DNA of 26,097 nt, taken from the sequence record NC_074634.1, one strand, 5' to 3'. This document shows positions 1-7,785 of this stretch, one piece after another. The notes under the pieces were generated by a model. That model worked only from the letters and a program-made list of their open reading frames with translations. It was not told the origin of the DNA and did not search any database. The stretch's first letter is position 1. Every line of letters begins with the position of its first letter. A program made the translations under genes and the position numbers.

Positions 1-34
1 TGAGAAATGAGAAGTATAAGATGGGGAAAGAAAA

Positions 35-271
35 ATGGTAGGAGGAGAAAAAGTTTCAAATTTTGAAGAATGCCTTTCTTTTTTTAATATTCCAGAGTTC
101 TCTTTCGAAATGTTAAGTTATTCGGAACAGAAGCTTTTTAGAATTTGTGTTAAATTTTTTAGTATTAGAGATTTTGACCTTGGAAACCTAGATTTAACTG
201 GTTTGGATAAAAATAATCAACGGAAAGTTACAGAATTAATATTGCAAATTTTGGGCAGTTCCAAAATGTAG
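35..271 (+). CDS. Hypothetical protein (78 aa), left-terminal accessory gene
   Basis: Intact ORF with a purine-rich leader, ending 12 nt before the probable start of the RHH gene. No motif recognised. Confidence 0.6.
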   Translation: MVGGEKVSNFEECLSFFNIPEFSFEMLSYSEQKLFRICVKFFSIRDFDLGNLDLTGLDKNNQRKVTELILQILGSSKM

Positions 272-283
272 AGAGTGAGAAAG

Positions 284-460
284 ATGAAAGTTGTGACGTT
301 CAAAATAGATGAAGACTTGTTAGAACTACTAGATGCATACGCTATAAAAAATAGGCTCCATAGATCTGAAGCCATACGTAAAGCCATAGAAAAAATGGTA
401 AGAGATGAGTTATCAAAGGAGAGAGTCCCAGTGGCAAGAGTTGAAAAGATCAGGCTTTAA
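284..460 (+). CDS. Ribbon-helix-helix transcription factor, aCcr1-like (58 aa)
   Basis: [43 protein letters not shown] is a classic RHH (beta strand VVTFKI, then RSEAIRKAI). The C-terminal [10 protein letters not shown] tail resembles the Sulfolobales cell-cycle regulator aCcr1 as recalled. Start moved from GTG 275 to ATG 284, which follows GAGTGA. Confidence 0.85.
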   Translation: MKVVTFKIDEDLLELLDAYAIKNRLHRSEAIRKAIEKMVRDELSKERVPVARVEKIRL

Positions 461-510
461 GTTATATCTTTTTTTATGGATAATTTTTCTCACTTTTCAG
501 ATAATAATTG
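458..510 (+). repeat. Cassette-boundary repeat R1 (oligo-T, terminator-like)
   Basis: TAAGTTATATCTTTTTTTATGGATAATTTTTCTCACTTTTCAGATAATAATTG begins at the RHH stop codon. It differs from 2228-2269 by one indel and one mismatch over about 41 nt. Confidence 0.85.
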
Positions 511-520
511 TTTATTTTTA

Positions 521-955
521 TTATTCATCTTGTTTTTGTTTAAATATATATTTTAATACTCTTTTTATTGTCTCGTCATCAAAATTTAAAATTTCAAAAT
601 GTAAATAATAGTATTTTTTAAATTTTTCCTGTATTTCTTTATAATCTATTTTTGTATTTGTTGCAATCAATCGATGAAAATGCAGTTTATGTTTTTTGCC
701 ACGCTCAATAACTGAAAATATTCCAGCGTTATACTTTTGCTTAATGTACTCTTTTGGCGGTAAGTATACCTCTCCATTTGTCGTTTCTGCTTTTCTTTTT
801 CTCTTTTTCCTGTATTTTTTTGTAGTTTCAGTCATTAAATAGAAATATTCATAATTTTTAGCTTTATTTAAGAAGTTTTTCAATTTCTCTATAGTCGCCT
901 CTGAGATATTGTATTTTAACGAAATTTCGGCGACAATAATATCTATGTCTGCCAC
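521..955 (-). CDS. rep: HUH-superfamily Rep endonuclease (SIRV ORF119-like)
   Basis: Motif 1 YFYLMT, motif 2 KLHFHRLI (HUH) and motif 3 VLKYIFK (YxxK). GTG start; exact start uncertain. Confidence 0.88.
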   Translation of the reverse strand: MADIDIIVAEISLKYNISEATIEKLKNFLNKAKNYEYFYLMTETTKKYRKKRKRKAETTNGEVYLPPKEYIKQKYNAGIFSVIERGKKHKLHFHRLIATNTKIDYKEIQEKFKKYYYLHFEILNFDDETIKRVLKYIFKQKQDE

Positions 956-991
956 AAGGAAAAGATGGGTGAAAACAAAAAAAAGATTTCT

Positions 992-1174
992 TTATTTATT
1001 TGTTTCATCCGTGGCTTTGCCACCCATTTCGTCTTCAGATTTTGGCAGTTCTTCTATAAATTTTCTAATTAGGTCATTAATTGTTGTGTCGTGATCAATA
1101 CAGTATTTCTTTAATTTCTTATGTTGCTCTTTTGTAAGTCTTACCGTTATAAGGACCTTTTTCTCTTCCTCCAT
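992..1174 (-). CDS. CopG-like RHH DNA-binding protein
   Basis: KKVLITVRLTKEQHKKLKKYCIDHDTTINDLIRKFIEE fits the RHH pattern. Start set at MEEEKK (1174); 1207 is the alternative. Confidence 0.8.
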   Translation of the reverse strand: MEEEKKVLITVRLTKEQHKKLKKYCIDHDTTINDLIRKFIEELPKSEDEMGGKATDETNK

Positions 1175-1251
1175 AGCTTTATCACTTCTTGTAATACGTG
1201 GATACATTTAAAAGTAATAAAGATTTGGATAATACTTTCTATATCGATTTT

Positions 1252-1276
1252 AAGATTTAAAAATGTTGTCATCAAG
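1252..1276 (+). promoter_or_regulatory. Conserved promoter (BRE/TATA followed by GTC)
   Basis: AAGATTTAAAAATGTTGTCATCAAG. The TATA lies about 23 nt before ATG 1284. The same 25-mer occurs on the - strand at 23620-23644. Confidence 0.8.
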
Positions 1277-1283
1277 ATTTTAA

Positions 1284-1580
1284 ATGAGGCGTGGGCGTAT
1301 GAAAAACCCAAGCCGAATGGTTTCGGTTAGGGTATCTAAGTCACAATATGAATTTTTTTTAATGTATAAAGAAGAGTTAAAGGAAAAGTTATTGGAAAAG
1401 CTGAATGAAATGCAAAATATAAATATTAAATTAAAGCCAACAAAGGACAAAGAAATATATGACAATTTAATATCTTTTAGGATACCTTATCAATATTTCC
1501 AGAAAATTGAAGAGATAGCAGAGAAAAATCAAGCCAAAATAAGCGACATAGTGAGAAATATTCTATTTAACGGTGAGTAA
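1284..1580 (+). CDS. Tandem (double) RHH transcription regulator, AvtR-like
   Basis: Two RHH-like units: RMVSVRVSKSQYEFF and NLISFRIPYQYFQKIEEIAEKNQAKISDIVRNIL. Alternative start at 1299. Confidence 0.72.
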   Translation: MRRGRMKNPSRMVSVRVSKSQYEFFLMYKEELKEKLLEKLNEMQNINIKLKPTKDKEIYDNLISFRIPYQYFQKIEEIAEKNQAKISDIVRNILFNGE

Positions 1581-1581
1581 A

Positions 1582-1962
1582 ATGGCAACACTAGAAGAAA
1601 TATTTGCGGAACTAAGGGACAAAGCAAAAGAAAGCGGAAAACCAGCGACAAGAGTTCTAAAAATCAAAGGTCTGAAGAGACTTGTTGTCCAATTGAACGC
1701 TGTGCCTAGTGGGAATAATGTAAGATTTAGCATGACTGTCCATAGTTCTAGGAATTACAAGAAACAAATTGGAATTGTTGCAAATGATGCTAATGATTTT
1801 GAAATTATTTCTAAATTCTTACAGAAACATAAGGATTTACTAGATAAATATGTAAAATTTTCAGCAAGAAGAGAAGAAAATGAAGTTGAAGTTGATATTG
1901 GGGAAGATACTGAAGAGCCAAAGAAAGAGAAGAAGAAAAGGAATGTTGAGGAGGAGTTCTAA
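1582..1962 (+). CDS. Rudiviral ssDNA-binding protein (SIRV2 gp17/ORF131-like)
   Basis: KIKGLKRLVVQLNAVP...KQIGI core and an acidic tail ending VEEEF match the recalled gp17 sequence. RBS GGTGA at 1572-1576. Confidence 0.9.
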   Translation: MATLEEIFAELRDKAKESGKPATRVLKIKGLKRLVVQLNAVPSGNNVRFSMTVHSSRNYKKQIGIVANDANDFEIISKFLQKHKDLLDKYVKFSARREENEVEVDIGEDTEEPKKEKKKRNVEEEF

Positions 1963-2235
1963 ATGCCATACTATGACGAAAATCCAGATATGGAAGCAAT
2001 AAAAAATGCAATAGAGAACCTATTTTGGAGACACCAGACATCAAGGCTTGATATCATCCTACTGCCAATTAGCGAGGGCTTAGGAATATTTTATGTGATT
2101 TATACTGTCGAATATACCTACATTACCAATATTGGATCCATTGGACTTGAAAAAGGCATTTATTATTATGACAAAGAAAATAAAATTATCAAAATCCAAA
2201 TTGGAAAATTCGAAAAAATGGTACCCTTAAGTTAA
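1963..2235 (+). CDS. Hypothetical protein (90 aa), Tyr/Ile-rich, probably beta-rich
   Basis: ATG directly abuts the SSB stop codon, and the ORF ends within repeat R2. Confidence 0.7.
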   Translation: MPYYDENPDMEAIKNAIENLFWRHQTSRLDIILLPISEGLGIFYVIYTVEYTYITNIGSIGLEKGIYYYDKENKIIKIQIGKFEKMVPLS

Positions 2236-2284
2236 TATCTTTTTTTATGCATAATTTTTCTCACTTTTGTAATAATATTTCTAC
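2228..2284 (+). repeat. Cassette-boundary repeat R2
   Basis: TAAGTTAATATCTTTTTTTATGCATAATTTTTCTCACTTTTGTAATAATATTTCTAC. Positions 2246-2283 match the reverse complement of 25658-25695 at 36/38 nt. Confidence 0.85.
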
Positions 2285-2305
2285 TTCTCAATTTGCAGTT
2301 GTCAT

Positions 2306-2329
2306 ATTCATAATATTTGATATATGAAT
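2306..2329. promoter_or_regulatory. Palindromic operator-like site ATTCATA-N10-TATGAAT (copy A)
   Basis: Perfect 7-bp arms with a 10-bp spacer, 50 nt upstream of the ATPase start. Confidence 0.7.
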
Positions 2330-2378
2330 TTTGCATGCAAGCGACAAGTTAAAAGATGTTTTCATTCAATAATTTATT

Positions 2379-3686
2379 GTGGCATCCCTAGAAGAATTTA
2401 AAAAACTCTTTGAAGAAAATTCTTTTATATTTAATCCAAGGGATGAAAATCGAATATTGTACTACATATTTAGGAATACCAATATCCCTGAAGAAAAGAA
2501 GGCTAATGCATTAAAGGCATGGAGACTTGGTAATGACAATCAGTACTTTGAAATGTATAAAGCGTTTACTGACGAAATAAAATTCATATCTAAAATCGTA
2601 AAATTTAAAGAGAAAGGCGGTGAAATTGTCGCTTACTTTCAAAATGGCTTTACTGGGCGTTTCGATCCAAGGATGTTGGCAGACAATCCGGATGACGCTT
2701 ACAATTTGATGCAATCCTACTTACTAGTTAAAATCAAAAAATCAACAGACAGTTGGGAAATTTACGACATTATCCCAGTTGAGCCTGCAAAAAATGTAGA
2801 TATTGCCAAGCAATTATTACAATTTGTTGAGGCTGAGCATGTAACATATTCAATTTTACTATATGCTTTTGGCTATGACGTTGAGAAGATGGATGCCAGT
2901 GATGTTTTCTATACAATCCCGAGATTTTTCCCACTTTTTGTTTCTCCATATTCAAAAAGGCGTTATAACGTTATCGAAATTTCAAACCCTGGGACTGGAA
3001 AAACTTCAGTTTTTACAATTTTACAAGAAGTTTTTAATTTTCGATATTATACTGAACCGCCAACTTATGCCAATTTGGTGTATGATGCAAGAAATAATGT
3101 ATTCGGTGCGGTTTATTTGGCAAAAGGGCTAATCTTTGATGAAATTCAAACTTGGAAAAATAGCACAAATCAGAAAAATATGGAAGCTATAAATTCAACA
3201 TTATCGACAGGAATTGAAAATTGCATTTGGACAAGGGGTGCAGGAACAGAAAGTAAATCTGCAGTCCTTCATAGATGCCTTCCAATAATATATGCGGGAA
3301 ATCCATTATTTTTGACATTAGATAGATTTGCATCCCCTGATGTTGAGGATTATTTGCAGAAGTACGAAATTTTTACTCCTGCAATATTGGATAGGATTCA
3401 TATCATCCAAGTTGGAATAAAGAAAACCTATGATCAAATTGGCAGTAGAAGAGTGCTTTATCCTTCGGTTTTAAAAGCTCTTATCGATATTTTGCAAGAA
3501 AAACTAAATCAACAATCCCATTTTGTTGATTGTCAAATTTTCACGTCAAGACGATATGAACAGGCTGTCGACATCCAATTGATGCTAAGGACTCTAGATC
3601 TCCAAAATGATGAAATTGAAAAGAACCAAGATGAATTTTGTGCAAAATTACAGCAATATATGCGATTTATGGGCCTTGGCGGGTGA
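2379..3686 (+). CDS. AAA+ ATPase (SIRV2 gp18/ORF436-like; MCM/BrxL-type ATPase domain)
   Basis: Walker A SNPGTGKTS, Walker B LIFDEIQ, downstream TRG and LDR (arginine-finger-like) motifs. Lies between the SSB and Cas4 genes. GTG start. Confidence 0.88.
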   Translation: MASLEEFKKLFEENSFIFNPRDENRILYYIFRNTNIPEEKKANALKAWRLGNDNQYFEMYKAFTDEIKFISKIVKFKEKGGEIVAYFQNGFTGRFDPRMLADNPDDAYNLMQSYLLVKIKKSTDSWEIYDIIPVEPAKNVDIAKQLLQFVEAEHVTYSILLYAFGYDVEKMDASDVFYTIPRFFPLFVSPYSKRRYNVIEISNPGTGKTSVFTILQEVFNFRYYTEPPTYANLVYDARNNVFGAVYLAKGLIFDEIQTWKNSTNQKNMEAINSTLSTGIENCIWTRGAGTESKSAVLHRCLPIIYAGNPLFLTLDRFASPDVEDYLQKYEIFTPAILDRIHIIQVGIKKTYDQIGSRRVLYPSVLKALIDILQEKLNQQSHFVDCQIFTSRRYEQAVDIQLMLRTLDLQNDEIEKNQDEFCAKLQQYMRFMGLGG

Positions 3687-3691
3687 GAAAA

Positions 3692-4318
3692 ATGGTTTAT
3701 GAAAATAAAATTAAAGAAAGCTTTAAGAAACTTTATCCAGAAAATATCCTTTATCCATCTGAAATTGCGTACTGCTTAAGAAAAACAATTTTGGCAAGAA
3801 GAATTCAACATATAAAAAATATTGGAAGTGAGGTCGCCGATTATGGGCTGGCAATCCATAATGATGTTGAGGCTTATTTTAAGGAGAAACTTGGTTGCGA
3901 AACTGAGAAAGCAATTGAATATGAGATTGAAGGTGTAAAAATTTCAGCAAGAGTAGATTTATTATGCGGAAGTGATCTACTTGAGTTAAAAACGGTTTCA
4001 CATTTTATCCGCCAGCCTTACCAAAATCACATTGTTCAAGTTTCGCTTTATTATCATATATTATCACAACTGAATTATAAAATTGATAATGTCTATCTTG
4101 TTTATATTAATAGACAAAATTATGATGTCCAAGAATTTAAAATTCAAAAAGATCAACTTGACCAGGGATTAAAAAGCGCAATTGAGTTTATAAGGAATTA
4201 CAAAAAATACAAAGATGAACAAAACATATTCAAAATTCCAATTGGGGATACAACATTTTGTAGGAGTTGCGAATTTAGGAATATTTGCTATGGGACAATA
4301 ACAAATTTCCTTAAATGA
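3692..4318 (+). CDS. Cas4-like RecB-family nuclease with predicted 4Fe-4S cluster (SIRV2 gp19-like)
   Basis: YPSEIAYCLRK (Cys1), RVDLL..ELKT (D..ExK), QVSLY and CRSCEFRNIC (three Cys). Start moved to ATG 3692 after GGTGA. Confidence 0.92.
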   Translation: MVYENKIKESFKKLYPENILYPSEIAYCLRKTILARRIQHIKNIGSEVADYGLAIHNDVEAYFKEKLGCETEKAIEYEIEGVKISARVDLLCGSDLLELKTVSHFIRQPYQNHIVQVSLYYHILSQLNYKIDNVYLVYINRQNYDVQEFKIQKDQLDQGLKSAIEFIRNYKKYKDEQNIFKIPIGDTTFCRSCEFRNICYGTITNFLK

Positions 4319-4674
4319 TTGCGCTATGCTTTTAAACCAATTATCGCAAAAAAATACCAGAGGTAGCCAACAGTATCGATAATTTATTTATTATTATTAA
4401 AAAAAATAAATAAAAAGTTATGAAATAAATACTTATGCATATTATATATTTTAAATTTGCATAACATATAGTTTATATTTTATATCTTAAACTATGCATG
4501 CTCATTTTAAGATAATTAGTTTAAGATTTACATTTTAAAATGATGCGATCCCACTTGGTATATATTTTTCTTTTCGTATTACTGTGATAAAATTGGATGC
4601 GTATTAGTGTATGATTCTCTGGATCACTCTAGATATGCTATGCTTTTAATCTGGTCATTATTAAGTATATTATT
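4319..4674. other. Long AT-rich non-coding region containing inverted repeats
   Basis: No ORF of 60 aa or more. TTTATTTATT (4383-4392) pairs with AATAAATAAA (4405-4414), and CATTTTAAAATG (4531-4542) is a perfect palindrome. Confidence 0.55.
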
Positions 4675-5001
4675 ATGAAAGGTAAATTTGACGATTGGAA
4701 TAAATATAGATCTGACGTTAATAAAATAATACTTGAGTATTTTAACAAAGTCGGTATAATGGCGACAACAAGAGCTTTATACTTCTCATTTGCGCAAAAA
4801 ATATTGGCAATTGTTAGAAAACATCAAGATGAAAGCCTTATCAACAAATTAATTGAGGGAAATATCCAATATTTCGTAACAGCGTTTGATGCAAACGAAA
4901 AAGTATTGCGTGATATTGTAAAAATTATAATTTTAGCTAAAATCGTTAAAATGAACCCAGATGATATACTGAAAGAAGTGCTAACGCAAAAATCCAACTA
5001 A
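4675..5001 (+). CDS. Major capsid protein paralogue (SIRV2 fold, N-terminally shortened)
   Basis: Aligns without gaps to the MCP C-terminal bundle: GIMATTRALYFSFAQKI vs GVTGPSRAIYQGYGLKV, and GNIQYFVTAFDANEKVL vs GLKAYYVSAYGANPEIL. Confidence 0.85.
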   Translation: MKGKFDDWNKYRSDVNKIILEYFNKVGIMATTRALYFSFAQKILAIVRKHQDESLINKLIEGNIQYFVTAFDANEKVLRDIVKIIILAKIVKMNPDDILKEVLTQKSN

Positions 5002-5005
5002 CCAT

Positions 5006-5029
5006 ATACAAAATATTATGTATATGGAT
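5006..5029. promoter_or_regulatory. Degenerate ATTCATA-N10-TATGAAT site upstream of the MCP gene (copy G)
   Basis: ATACAAA-ATATTATGTA-TATGGAT, followed by a TATA-like TTTTTATAA at about 5043-5051 and ATG at 5083. Confidence 0.45.
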
Positions 5030-5082
5030 TTTTTGCATTCAATTTTTATAAGCTATTAATTCTAATATTTAATTGACGAAAA

Positions 5083-5487
5083 ATGGCGAAAGGAAGAACA
5101 CCAAGAAGTTTTTCACAAAGGTATGGTAAATGGAACGCCAAATTTACTGCATTTAGCAATCCGACTGTTGCCAGCACAATATTGACTAATGTTGCCCCAA
5201 TTGCGCAAGGAAACTTCCAAACTAACGTACCTAAATTTACATCAGTTAACGAACAAGTTTCGGCGGTATTGACTCAGTACGGAGTTACCGGTCCTTCTAG
5301 AGCAATATACCAAGGCTACGGTTTGAAAGTCGCAAGAGCTTTAAATAGAATCGGCGCTGGTCCCGCCTTAACAAATATGGTTGCTGGTCTCAAAGCTTAT
5401 TACGTCAGTGCATATGGCGCTAACCCAGAAATACTTGACGCTGTGACTAACATAATCCTAGGATCTCCAACTGGATATGTAAGTTAA
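5083..5487 (+). CDS. mcp: Major capsid protein (134 aa, SIRV2 P134 family)
   Basis: MAKGRTPRSFSQRYGKWNAKF...ILGSPTGYVS is nearly collinear with the SIRV2 MCP sequence as recalled. Confidence 0.99.
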   Translation: MAKGRTPRSFSQRYGKWNAKFTAFSNPTVASTILTNVAPIAQGNFQTNVPKFTSVNEQVSAVLTQYGVTGPSRAIYQGYGLKVARALNRIGAGPALTNMVAGLKAYYVSAYGANPEILDAVTNIILGSPTGYVS

Positions 5488-5500
5488 ATTTTAAAGTCAA

Positions 5501-5526
5501 TTTTCTATTTTTTTCCCTTTCTTTTG
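5501..5526 (+). terminator. Oligo-T terminator after mcp
   Basis: Long pyrimidine/T tract beginning 14 nt after the stop codon. Confidence 0.6.
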
Positions 5527-5567
5527 CAATTGTTTTCTTTAAAAATGTAAACTTTTAACGTTTAATC

Positions 5568-5792
5568 ATGTTTGAGGAATATTTAAAGGAAAAAGGTTTT
5601 GAACCCCATCATATTTCAATTCTTAAAGATTTCTTGATTGAAATAAAAGAAGCATTAAGCATAAATGCTAGGAATTATGAATTAGACGAAATTATAAATT
5701 CTATTGTTGAATATTTTGCAATAACGTATGGATTGAAAAAAGAAGATCTTTATCGATTAATAAATGAGGCAATCCAGGACGGTGTTGTCTAA
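5568..5792 (+). CDS. 74-aa acidic protein; probable third, minimal MCP-fold paralogue
   Basis: Gapless 67-residue alignment to the MCP bundle with 12 identities and a conserved hydrophobic pattern (IVEYFAITYGLKKEDL vs LKAYYVSAYGANPEIL). Confidence 0.65.
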   Translation: MFEEYLKEKGFEPHHISILKDFLIEIKEALSINARNYELDEIINSIVEYFAITYGLKKEDLYRLINEAIQDGVV

Positions 5793-6812
5793 ATGGCAAA
5801 AACACTCATTTTGACTATGGGATATTCTTCAATTAAAAATGTCGCTGAAGATATTGCATCAGTCGTCGGTAATGCAGTGATTGATGTCGAACCAACTTTA
5901 TACGTAAATAACGTCAACAAATTCGATAGACTTATTGTATTTGTCCCATTTACTCCGCCTTTACTGAATAACTACTTGTTAGTTTACAATTATTTTCAGG
6001 GTGAGAAGTATTTCTATACGACAGTTGACGGAAAACCAGTTTTACAAGCCACAAATGAGTATATTGCAAGAAATATAAAGTATATACCAAATTCTCAGTT
6101 TTCAGCTGAAAATCTAAAATCTGCTAATCTTGGTGTTGATATTCCAGTTTTCCATGGGGTAAATTTCGACATAGTGAAAAAAGCAGAACAATTAGTTCCA
6201 AAATTGAGACAGAAACTAGATTTAGACTTTCCAGATAGCATAAAAATTGGAATTGTTACGGGGATGACAAAAAGGAAGAATATCGATTTGTTTGTCGAAA
6301 CAACTCGTTACTTAAATGAAAAAATGCCAGATGTTGCTAAAAATGTTCACTTCTTTGTAATTTCTCATGCAGATTTCCAAAAACTTGAAGTTCCGCAAAA
6401 CGTTCACTTTGTTGCACAGTTTGGTTACCAAAGCAGAGAAAAAGTATTTGCATTTTACGGTTCTATGGATTATGTATTTGTCCCATCTGGATGTGAAGGT
6501 TTTGGTCTCCCAGTCCTTGAGGCAATGGCTATGGGCACGCCGGTTATACACATGGCTATTCCACCGTTCACTGAATTTACATCATGGCAGTGGAACTTTT
6601 TGTTTAAAGATGACGACGTCATAGAATATTACGATAAAGACCGTGGTCAAATATGGAAAATTCATAGATTTAAACCAGAAACTGGGGCATTAGCGATAGC
6701 GACTGCTGTCATGGCAAGTGATAGAGAAGAAAGAAGTCGTCATCTTAAAGATTTAGCTAAAAAATATGATATTAAGTTTTTGTATAAAAGATTTTTAGAG
6801 GGTTTCGAATAA
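5793..6812 (+). CDS. Glycosyltransferase, GT-B fold (GT4-like; SIRV ORF335-like)
   Basis: FVPSGCEGFGLPVLEAMAMGTPVI signature and KRKN nucleotide-sugar-binding motif. Confidence 0.93.
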   Translation: MAKTLILTMGYSSIKNVAEDIASVVGNAVIDVEPTLYVNNVNKFDRLIVFVPFTPPLLNNYLLVYNYFQGEKYFYTTVDGKPVLQATNEYIARNIKYIPNSQFSAENLKSANLGVDIPVFHGVNFDIVKKAEQLVPKLRQKLDLDFPDSIKIGIVTGMTKRKNIDLFVETTRYLNEKMPDVAKNVHFFVISHADFQKLEVPQNVHFVAQFGYQSREKVFAFYGSMDYVFVPSGCEGFGLPVLEAMAMGTPVIHMAIPPFTEFTSWQWNFLFKDDDVIEYYDKDRGQIWKIHRFKPETGALAIATAVMASDREERSRHLKDLAKKYDIKFLYKRFLEGFE

Positions 6813-7739
6813 TGCATAAACAGTGCAGGGTCCAGTTGCCCAGGCATAGACATTTGATGGATTGTTGACTGAAAATTCTAAAATATCCCCTGGTAAAATT
6901 GGGAAATTGTTATATAGTTGATTTCCAATGTAAACAATATAATTTGATAAGTTTTGTAATATAATTTTTACAGTTTCTATCGCTGGACCAGCATAAATTG
7001 GCTGTGGAGTTGTTGAAATTGACAGTTGCAAACCCTGGATTGCGGGCGGAGACATGTAAAGCGTTAATTTGTTTATTGCGTTTGTTAAGGAGTTCATGGC
7101 TAAATAAACGTAAGCAAGTGCATAAAGCAGGGCGTCAGCAACTGAATAAATTGCATTTGATAATCCTATAACTATCTGATTTGTTAATTTTGCGCTAACC
7201 AAATAGATATTTTCGTAAACATTTTGTATTAATTGTGGTAAATATAAGACTGGAGAAATTACAGTTTTTAATTGATTATCAACTCCAATTACAACTTGAT
7301 ATAGGGTTTGATAAACATTTGCAATTTCTTGTTGTAATGCGCTCTGTGTCTGTGTAACTGTCCCCGCAGTTAATTTGGATATTGCGCTATAAACGTCATA
7401 AGGCATTTGTACAATTGCTTCATATAATTGCAATTGACTGTTCAAAATTGCTTGAATTTGTTGTATTGCAGAACCTACAAATCCTGCGATATAGATGGGG
7501 TCCTCCTCCGTTATAACGGGTTGTCCTGCGACATACACTGCTTCTGAAAAATTCCCAACTTGCGCAGTAATATTGTTTGGAACGTAAAGATTGCCATTTT
7601 GAAATAATTGTCTATCGATCAATGATCCGCCAAAATAAATTTCCGATAATGTTAGGACTGCGGTATTCCACATAGCGGATGTTAAGCGCTGGAATGGACT
7701 TGCTAAAAGGCTACTGATGGAGGCATATTGAATGCTCAT
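6795..7739 (-). CDS. Putative minor virion/fibre protein (314 aa), paralogue of the N-terminal half of ORF595
   Basis: N-terminal LTSAMWNTAVLTL...QNGNL, a central amphipathic helical segment and a C-terminal beta domain (ILQNLSNY..PILPGDILEFSVNNPSNV), all alignable with ORF595. Confidence 0.7.
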   Translation of the reverse strand: MSIQYASISSLLASPFQRLTSAMWNTAVLTLSEIYFGGSLIDRQLFQNGNLYVPNNITAQVGNFSEAVYVAGQPVITEEDPIYIAGFVGSAIQQIQAILNSQLQLYEAIVQMPYDVYSAISKLTAGTVTQTQSALQQEIANVYQTLYQVVIGVDNQLKTVISPVLYLPQLIQNVYENIYLVSAKLTNQIVIGLSNAIYSVADALLYALAYVYLAMNSLTNAINKLTLYMSPPAIQGLQLSISTTPQPIYAGPAIETVKIILQNLSNYIVYIGNQLYNNFPILPGDILEFSVNNPSNVYAWATGPCTVYALFETL

Positions 7740-7785
7740 GATTTAAATTTATATGCTTATAAGCTTAAAAATGATACATTTAATT

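Noticed and set aside
161-167. AGTATTA upstream of the aCcr1-like gene, resembling the recalled aCcr1 box
   Set aside because: An AT-rich 7-mer like this is expected several times by chance in 26 kb, and this copy lies inside a coding region.
405-608. 67-aa hydrophobic + strand ORF
   Set aside because: It overlaps the RHH gene, repeat R1 and the antisense end of rep; the hydrophobicity comes from T-rich sequence.
2379-3686. BrxL-like ATPase read as a BREX defence system
   Set aside because: No other brx or pgl genes and no Lon protease domain; the context matches the rudiviral replication/recombination genes.
3692-4318. Cas4 read as part of a CRISPR-Cas locus
   Set aside because: No cas1, cas2 or array is present; this is the solo rudiviral gp19-type nuclease.
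4539-4660. Possible C/D-box sRNA or micro-ORF (MMRSHLVYIFLFVLL) in the AT-rich gap
   Set aside because: The C box is imperfect, no CTGA D box was seen, and the micro-ORF has no RBS.
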